Source of the DNA: an uncultured Azospirillaceae bacterium
GTDB taxonomy: Bacteria; Pseudomonadota; Alphaproteobacteria; RF32; CAG-239
Length of the DNA stretch: 36,171 nucleotides
Assembly (NCBI GenBank): GCA_964370255.1
Contig: CAYJIO010000001.1
Coordinates: forward strand, 1-36,171
Direction of reading: 5' to 3'
In this document: positions 31,163-36,171 of the stretch, piece after piece
Numbering within the stretch: position 1 is the first letter of the stretch
Layout of the letters: each line of letters starts with the position of its first letter
Made by a program: the position numbers and the translations under genes
The notes under the pieces: model-generated
Seen by the model: the letters and a program-made list of their open reading frames with translations, nothing else
Told to the model about the DNA's origin: nothing
Databases searched by the model: none

Positions 31163-31262
31163 TTTTAATGGAATTCTGCTTGTTTATTATTTCCTCGTGT
31201 GCGTTTTTGTGCACACGTCGTCAATAACAAACTTCGCATAATTCTCATTAAAATCAATTTAA
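31154..31262. repeat. Palindromic MITE-like repeat, copy B1
   Basis: The 17 nt terminal inverted repeats TTAAATTAATTTTAATG / CATTAAAATCAATTTAA match at 16 of 17 positions. Core CCTCGTGTGC-GTTTTTGT-GCACACGTCGTC is the same as in cluster A. The left end overlaps the last codons and stop of recJ. Confidence 0.7.
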
Positions 31263-31275
31263 TATAAAACTATTA

Positions 31276-31345
31276 TATGGATAACTACTTGAAAGTTTTT
31301 TCCTCGTGTACCCTTTAGTTGTAAACGCAGTCAAAGTTTTGCTTT
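31276..31345. repeat. Degenerate copy (B2) of the same repeat family
   Basis: ATGGATAACTACTTGAAAGTTTTTTCCTCGTGTAC...GTAAACGCAGTCAAAG parallels 21011-21039 and 20917-20975. Confidence 0.55.
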
Positions 31346-31359
31346 GTCTTTTGAATTTA

Positions 31360-31387
31360 ATTTTCTAGTTTTCTAGAAAACTAGAAA
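31360..31387. repeat. 28 nt exact repeat containing a 26 bp perfect palindrome (copy 1)
   Basis: ATTTTCTAGTTTTCTAGAAAACTAGAAA. The stretch 31362-31387 is self-complementary, with three CTAG at 8 bp spacing. Confidence 0.9.
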
Positions 31388-31433
31388 TGAGGAGGATAAG
31401 AAGATACTTAATAACAACAAAAACGAGAGAAAT

Positions 31434-31461
31434 ATTTTCTAGTTTTCTAGAAAACTAGAAA
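31434..31461. repeat. 28 nt exact repeat containing a 26 bp perfect palindrome (copy 2)
   Basis: Identical 28-mer located 74 bp downstream of copy 1. Here the palindrome extends to 28 bp (31435-31462). Confidence 0.9.
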
Positions 31462-31492
31462 ACTGGAAGATTAGAGGGTTTTTTAAAAAGGC

Positions 31493-31520
31493 TAGACATT
31501 TATTTATATTGTGATATATT
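31493..31520 (+). promoter_or_regulatory. Putative promoter with extended -10 for the HNH-like gene
   Basis: TAGACA, 16 nt spacer, TGATATATT. It is flanked by the inverted hexamers TAGACA (31493) and TGTCTA (31522). Confidence 0.4.
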
Positions 31521-31549
31521 TTGTCTATTGAAGTTTAAGAGAGGGGGCG

Positions 31550-32701
31550 ATGGCAAAAAGGAATCGCGCATCAAATTTTAAGAATAACAAAAAAACAGAC
31601 AGATTGCCTGCTAATTTGGACGGCTATTTAGCAAAACAATATAAGCGTTATATAGAGGGCACCTCATCTCAGAAAGCAGCAGCGAAATCAGCAATATATA
31701 AGGTGCTTCAAAGTGAGGGTTTTTATCTTTCAGATACAGAATATGCACCTCTAAAAAAAGCAGAGAAAAAACTTATTCGAATAGAGTTTTATGGCAGTGT
31801 TGATAAAGTAAGAAATCAATCTGGTTTTTCAAAAATATATAAAGACCATTTGTCAAGTCAAAATAAAGAAAACTATCCAAAAGAAGCCTATAATGACCTT
31901 TGTGATTGGCCAATATGGCAGGTTTGTGAGCAATCAAAAAAATTAAGTGCTCTTAAGCCAAAAATTATTTCTTATTTGCAACAAAATGCAATCTCTCCTG
32001 AAATATTGCCTTCGCTTAATTCAACAGATTTTCAAGACATTTTATATAACACCTTCAAAGTAGGTGAGAGTGGTAAAAAGGCATATTTGTTTGAAAGCCA
32101 AAGATCAAGATTTGTAAAATATTTGGCAAATAATTATCAAAAAGATTTGAAGAATATGTTTTTTCAAAAAGGAATGAGCAAGGACAAAGTAAATGAGCTT
32201 ATTTCAAAAATGAAGGAATATGGAAGCACAGAGATGCACTACATTGATCCAAATGGTCAAATTATTCAAGACAAAGAGATTATTTTAACGATACATCACA
32301 AAAAACCTGTTGCATCATATAGTTCAAAAGAAAAAAATATTTTTTCTGCAAATGACTTTAAAAATCTTTGTTTAGTTATAAACAATCATGATTTTCCTTT
32401 GCATGATATTTTTCATATTTTTAATGTTAAAAAGAGAGAAAATGATCTAGCCGAGCAAATCATAAAAAAACTTTTAGTGCCAAAAGATAGTGTTGTAATG
32501 CTTGGGATGGCAAGCTCAATGCAAATTAAAGAAAGTTTTGATGCAGAAATGACAGATGAAGTTGAGACTGACTTGAAAGCCTGCAAAAATAAGTCAAGAC
32601 ACAAAGCAGAAGAACAAAAACCTACTACTCCAAGGCAAAGAAGAAGATTAAACTCACCTCTAAAAAGAGCAAATAACTCACACAAAAGAGGTGGACGATA
32701 A
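31550..32701 (+). CDS. Basic protein with C-terminal-half HNH/EndoVII-fold (AHH-like) nuclease motif; candidate toxin/effector
   Basis: 383 aa. GAGGGGG RBS. The motif EMHYIDPNG..LTIHHKKPV-x13-NDFKNLCLVINNHDFPLHDIFH matches the HH..P / N / NLxL..H...H pattern. Both termini are Arg/Lys-rich, and there is no signal peptide. Confidence 0.55.
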   Translation: MAKRNRASNFKNNKKTDRLPANLDGYLAKQYKRYIEGTSSQKAAAKSAIYKVLQSEGFYLSDTEYAPLKKAEKKLIRIEFYGSVDKVRNQSGFSKIYKDHLSSQNKENYPKEAYNDLCDWPIWQVCEQSKKLSALKPKIISYLQQNAISPEILPSLNSTDFQDILYNTFKVGESGKKAYLFESQRSRFVKYLANNYQKDLKNMFFQKGMSKDKVNELISKMKEYGSTEMHYIDPNGQIIQDKEIILTIHHKKPVASYSSKEKNIFSANDFKNLCLVINNHDFPLHDIFHIFNVKKRENDLAEQIIKKLLVPKDSVVMLGMASSMQIKESFDAEMTDEVETDLKACKNKSRHKAEEQKPTTPRQRRRLNSPLKRANNSHKRGGR

Positions 32702-33102
32702 TGATTAGAGCAATTGAAAAATTGAGGCAAAATAAATTTGAGGCGTCTGGAGAGCAGTTAGAAACTGCAGATATTATTATAACCCAAAAAGAGTTAAAGC
32801 AGAAAAAAGGTGTTGTTTTACCAGAGGAGGTCATAAATTTTTTGCATCACTTTAATGGGTTTAGCTATGATGGTGGGCAAATATATGGCATTTATAATCC
32901 AGATGTTTTAACAAATAATATAATAACAGAAAATCAAAAAAATAATATCAAAAACTGTATAGTTTTAGGGCATAATGAGTTTGATTATCTTGTTTATAAC
33001 AATATCTTAAACAATTACCAAATTTTGGATAAAGAAGACTTTGAAATATTAGAAGAATATCTTGACTTTGATGATGGATTTTCTTATATAATAAAAATAT
33101 GA
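32701..33102 (+). CDS. SUKH (SMI1/KNR4)-like protein; candidate cognate immunity protein
   Basis: 133 aa, acidic. LPEEVINFLHHFNGFSYDGGQIYGI matches the SUKH-1 signature LP.dy..FL...NG. It shows the TAATG overlap with the upstream gene and an ATGA overlap with the downstream gene. Confidence 0.5.
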   Translation: MIRAIEKLRQNKFEASGEQLETADIIITQKELKQKKGVVLPEEVINFLHHFNGFSYDGGQIYGIYNPDVLTNNIITENQKNNIKNCIVLGHNEFDYLVYNNILNNYQILDKEDFEILEEYLDFDDGFSYIIKI

Positions 33103-34037
33103 CAAATATTTATAAAGCAAATCAAGAAAATATTATAAACGCCTCTAATATCATAAAAAAAGGTGGTCTTGTTGCAATGCCTACTGAAACCGTTTATGGG
33201 CTTGGGGCAAATGCGTTTGATGCAAAAGCGGTTGCAAAAATTTATGAGGCAAAAAAAAGGCCTTCGTTTAATCCGCTTATTTCTCATATTGCAGAAATTG
33301 ATATGATAAAAGAAATTGGTATTGCCGATGAGCGTTTTTATGCAATGGCCTCACATTTTTGGCCAGCGCCACTTACTATGGTTATAAAAAGAAGCAACCC
33401 AAAGCTTGATTTGGCTTGTGCTGGGCTTAATACAACAACGGTTAGAATGCCAAATCATAGTGTTGCCTTAGAGCTGATTAAAAAATCAGGGGTGCCAATT
33501 GTTGCTCCGTCTGCAAACTTGTCTACAACCATTAGCCCAACAACAGCTGAACATGTTTATGAAAGCTTGGGCAAAAGTGTTGATATGATATTAGATGGCG
33601 GTGCCTGTCAAGTTGGAGTTGAGTCAACAATTATAGATATTTCAACCAATGATGTTGTGCTTTTAAGGGCTGGGGGCTTGGAGATTGAAAAAATTGAAGA
33701 GTTTTTGAACCAAAAAATTATTACTGCAAAAAATAATCCAAACGCGCCAAAGTCTCCTGGGCAAATGCTAAAACATTATGCACCAAACAAAAAATTGCGC
33801 ATTAATGTTGAAAAACCTGAGGAAGATGAGTTTTTTATTGGGTTTGGGGATATGAGTTGCAACTTAAATCTTAGCAGAACAAAAGACTTGTTAGAAGCAT
33901 CGGCAAATTTGTTTGCATTTTTAAGATTGGCTGACAAAAATATAAAGTATAATAAAATTGCAATAGCGCCAATTCCTTTTAATGGATTGGGGTTGGCAAT
34001 AAATGATAGATTAGAAAGGGCAAAAAACAATGGTTAA
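33099..34037 (+). CDS. tsaC: L-threonylcarbamoyladenylate synthase (Sua5/TsaC, long form)
   Basis: 312 aa. YrdC domain with VAMPTETVYGLGANA, KGRP-like KKRPSFNPL and APSAN, plus a Sua5 C-terminal domain. Confidence 0.9.
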   Translation: MTNIYKANQENIINASNIIKKGGLVAMPTETVYGLGANAFDAKAVAKIYEAKKRPSFNPLISHIAEIDMIKEIGIADERFYAMASHFWPAPLTMVIKRSNPKLDLACAGLNTTTVRMPNHSVALELIKKSGVPIVAPSANLSTTISPTTAEHVYESLGKSVDMILDGGACQVGVESTIIDISTNDVVLLRAGGLEIEKIEEFLNQKIITAKNNPNAPKSPGQMLKHYAPNKKLRINVEKPEEDEFFIGFGDMSCNLNLSRTKDLLEASANLFAFLRLADKNIKYNKIAIAPIPFNGLGLAINDRLERAKNNG

Positions 34038-34980
34038 AGTAATGGTTTGTGGTGGTGCTGGTTATATTGGTTCTCATGTGGCAAAAGAGCTTTTGGATAA
34101 TGGAATGGAAGTTTTGGTTTTTGATAATCTTTCAACCGGAGATGAAATTAATTTGTTTGAAAAAGCAGAATTTATAAAAGGTGATATCAGAAATTTTGAA
34201 GAAATATCAATGGCTATGAAAGGGATTGACGCAGTTGTGTTCTTGGCAGGCAAAAAAGCCGTTGGAGAAAGTATGGAAAAGCCAGAAATATATACCGATG
34301 GCAATATCAGAGGGGCTATTAATGTGGTTGATGCAATGCTTGAAAATGGGGTTAAAAACATTGTATTCTCATCATCTGCTGCGGTTTATGGAATGCCAGA
34401 ATATAACCCAATTGATGAGATGCATCCTACAAAGCCAATAAACTATTATGGTTGGACAAAGAAGTTTTTTGAAGAATATTTGGATTGGTATTCAATTATA
34501 AAAGGCATTAACTATATGTCTTTGCGTTATTTTAATGCAGTTGGCTATGATGCAACAGGCGCAATTAAAGGAAGAGAAAAAAATCCACAAAATTTGTTGC
34601 CAATTATTATTGAGGTGTTAAACGGGCAAAGAGAAAAATTATCTGTATTTGGCAATGATTATGATACTCCTGACGGAACTTGTGTGCGTGATTATATTCA
34701 TGTCTCTGATTTGGCCTCAGCCCATTTCTTGGCAATTAAATATCTTATGAATGGTGGCGACTCTGGTGTTGTCAATCTTGGTACAGAAAAAGGCACATCA
34801 GTAAAAGAAATTGTTGAAGCAACAGAAAACGTGGCTGGCAAAAAAGTTAAAATGGAATATGCGGGCAGAAGAGCTGGAGACCCTGCATCTTTGAGTGCAT
34901 CTGCAAAAAAAGCAAAGGCAGCTTTGGGCTGGCAGCCAAGATATATGAATATTGAAGATATTATAAAAACAAATTTGTAG
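34030..34980 (+). CDS. galE: UDP-glucose 4-epimerase
   Basis: 316 aa. Rossmann motif GGAGYIGSH, SSSAAVYG, catalytic YGWTK (YxxxK), and RDYIHV. Confidence 0.9.
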   Translation: MVKVMVCGGAGYIGSHVAKELLDNGMEVLVFDNLSTGDEINLFEKAEFIKGDIRNFEEISMAMKGIDAVVFLAGKKAVGESMEKPEIYTDGNIRGAINVVDAMLENGVKNIVFSSSAAVYGMPEYNPIDEMHPTKPINYYGWTKKFFEEYLDWYSIIKGINYMSLRYFNAVGYDATGAIKGREKNPQNLLPIIIEVLNGQREKLSVFGNDYDTPDGTCVRDYIHVSDLASAHFLAIKYLMNGGDSGVVNLGTEKGTSVKEIVEATENVAGKKVKMEYAGRRAGDPASLSASAKKAKAALGWQPRYMNIEDIIKTNL

Positions 34981-34997
34981 GATTGATAAAATTTTGC

Positions 34998-35026
34998 TTG
35001 ACTTATAAGTTAAAAGCATATATTAA
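34998..35026 (+). promoter_or_regulatory. Putative rpmB promoter
   Basis: TTGACT, 17 nt spacer, TATTAA (alternatively TATATT with a 15 nt spacer). Confidence 0.35.
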
Positions 35027-35058
35027 CAGGTCAATAATTTTTATAAAAGGATAAAAAA

Positions 35059-35412
35059 ATGTCAAAAAAATGTAGTTTAACAAACAAAGGTATTCAGTCT
35101 GGTAACAACGTGAGCCATGCAAACAACAGAACTCGTCGTCGTTTTTTGCCAAATTTGCAAGTAATCTCTTTGTTTTCTGAAGCTTTGAACAAAGTATTCA
35201 AATTGAAAATTTGCTCAAACACTTTACGTTCTATTGAGCACAAAGGTGGTTTTGATTCTTATTTAGAAAATACAAAAGATGCTGAGTTAACAACAGAAGC
35301 ACAAAAAATTAAAAAAGCAGTTAAAAAGAAAACTGCAGGCACAAAAGTTGCTCCAGCGAAAAAAGCAGTAAAAAGAACTCCTGCAAGAAAAGCTAAAAAA
35401 GCAGCAAAATAA
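35059..35412 (+). CDS. rpmB: 50S ribosomal protein L28 with Lys/Ala-rich C-terminal extension
   Basis: 117 aa. The L28 core is C.LT.K....GNNVSHANN.T.RRFLPNL. The last ~33 aa are KKAVKKKTAGTKVAPAKKAVKRTPARKAKKAAK. Confidence 0.9.
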   Translation: MSKKCSLTNKGIQSGNNVSHANNRTRRRFLPNLQVISLFSEALNKVFKLKICSNTLRSIEHKGGFDSYLENTKDAELTTEAQKIKKAVKKKTAGTKVAPAKKAVKRTPARKAKKAAK

Positions 35413-35431
35413 TTTTTGTTAGCTGATAAAG

Positions 35432-35456
35432 AAAGCGCCCTATGGCGCTTTTTTTT
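35432..35456. terminator. Intrinsic terminator after rpmB (also usable by the convergent small ORF)
   Basis: AAAGCGCC-CTAT-GGCGCTTTTTTTT. Confidence 0.75.
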
Positions 35457-35646
35457 GTGTGCAAGATGGAGCATCTCTTTCTTCTGTAATAATTTTTTGA
35501 TGATGATGATCGACAATTTTTTTTACTTTATGAGCAAAGTCACTATTAAGGGCAGATATTGCACCCCACAAAGCCATAACCGATATTATTATGGTAAAAA
35601 TGGCTTCTGTTATTTCTAATGCTTCTTTTATTTCGTGCTTTTTCAT
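35440..35646 (-). CDS. Small single-TM protein, unknown function
   Basis: 68 aa. AAGGAG lies 7 nt upstream of the ATG. It has one hydrophobic helix, AIFTIIISVMALWGAISAL, and a DHHHQ stretch. Its 3' end runs into the rpmB terminator. Confidence 0.4.
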   Translation of the reverse strand: MKKHEIKEALEITEAIFTIIISVMALWGAISALNSDFAHKVKKIVDHHHQKIITEERDAPSCTQKKAP

Positions 35647-35719
35647 AGTAATCTCCTTATTTATTTATATAATCCTAATTTTTTTTTTGTAAAGATGTTA
35701 AAAAAAATAAAAAAAGTGC

Positions 35720-35748
35720 TTGCCATATAAAAAAATATTGTTTATAAG
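35720..35748 (+). promoter_or_regulatory. Putative tRNA-Phe promoter
   Basis: TTGCCA, 17 nt spacer, TATAAG, about 28 nt upstream of the mature tRNA 5' end. Confidence 0.45.
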
Positions 35749-35775
35749 TCTTTTAGTTTTTAAGAAAACACCCTT

Positions 35776-35851
<76 letters not shown>

Positions 35852-35855
35852 CTAT

Positions 35856-35885
35856 AAAACCGCTTCTATAAGAAGCGGTTTTTTG
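35856..35885 (+). terminator. Intrinsic terminator after tRNA-Phe
   Basis: AAAACCGCTTCT-ATA-AGAAGCGGTTTTTT. Confidence 0.8.
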
Positions 35886-36117
35886 TTATGCGCGGATCCA
35901 ATCAAACAGCGGGCAGGGCTGCCCTTGTTTTCTTGGGGACGGGATGCTCAGGTATCAAGAGCCTTCCAAGAAAAGATAAAATGCATTTTGTTACTCGTCT
36001 TTTGTGTTTTGCTCGTTGTTTTTTTTCTTGGGCTAGAGCCTACTAGCCGGCATCAAAAAAACAAATTCAAAACATAAAATCCGTCGCAAAAAAGAGTTTA
36101 TCTTATCGTGAAAGGCT

Positions 36118-36171
36118 CTAAATTCGCTTTTCATCAAGCATAGCTTGAGTAAGCTCATTAAGATATTCTGA
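36118..36171 (-). CDS. 3' end (17 codons) of a CDS truncated by the window end; possibly an integrase C-terminus
   Basis: The minus strand reads ...SEYLNELTQAMLDEKRI*. This loosely resembles the (A/S)EYL.E...MM tail of P4-type tyrosine integrases, but it is far too short to assign. Confidence 0.2.
   Translation of the reverse strand, partial: SEYLNELTQAMLDEKRI

Noticed and set aside
31387-31458. 23-codon Arg-rich mini-ORF between the palindromes as a real leader peptide
   Set aside because: There is no SD upstream of its ATG. Its start and stop are both generated by the palindrome sequence itself (..AGAAATG.. and ..AACTAG..), so the ORF may be incidental. It is kept only as a note under the palindrome finding.
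31360-31461. Mini CRISPR-like array (two identical 28 nt repeats with a 46 nt spacer)
   Set aside because: There are only two repeats. They are perfect AT-rich palindromes, unlike typical CRISPR repeats. No cas genes or leader are present in the window. An operator or repeat-element interpretation fits better.

Overview
This is a visibly AT-rich 36.2 kb chromosomal segment. Its gene content fits an alphaproteobacterium, probably a reduced-genome or endosymbiont-like lineage. Supporting genes are a CcrM-type GANTC methyltransferase, an IalB-family protein and the tatD / MBL-hydrolase / metG neighbourhood. Most of the window is housekeeping: ftsH, murA, ppx/gppA-family, ccrM, cca, lepA, rnhB, queH, tatD, metG, trkH, recJ, tsaC/sua5, galE, rpmB and tRNA-Phe. 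These genes sit in tight operons with many ATGA/TAATG start-stop overlaps.

The parts housekeeping does not explain:
1. 31550-33102: a two-gene module encoding a basic 383 aa protein with an HNH/EndoVII-type (AHH-like) nuclease motif and a SUKH/SMI1-KNR4-like 133 aa partner. It looks like a toxin-immunity pair and is translationally coupled into the tsaC-galE operon. Two identical 28 bp CTAG-rich perfect palindromes and MITE-like repeats lie just upstream.
2. 20904-21200 and 31154-31345: a family of roughly 100 bp imperfect-palindrome repeats in two clusters, touching the stop codons of flanking genes.
3. 8651-9088: an orphan transcription unit with a near-consensus promoter and a strong terminator. 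Its 112-codon ORF has no Shine-Dalgarno sequence at the ATG, so it may be either an ncRNA or a small basic protein.
4. 9376-9565: a densely structured minus-strand leader or sRNA upstream of a small XRE-type HTH gene.
5. 21197-26194: a 1099 aa triple fusion (ABC-2 permease + GldG-like + DUF4340-like) translationally coupled to an ABC ATPase and a family-3 solute-binding protein.
6. 35852-36171: tRNA-Phe followed by GC-richer non-coding DNA and a window-truncated ORF, possibly the edge of an integrated element.

No CRISPR array, rRNA or transposase was recognised. All family assignments come from motif reading by eye. No database search was run.
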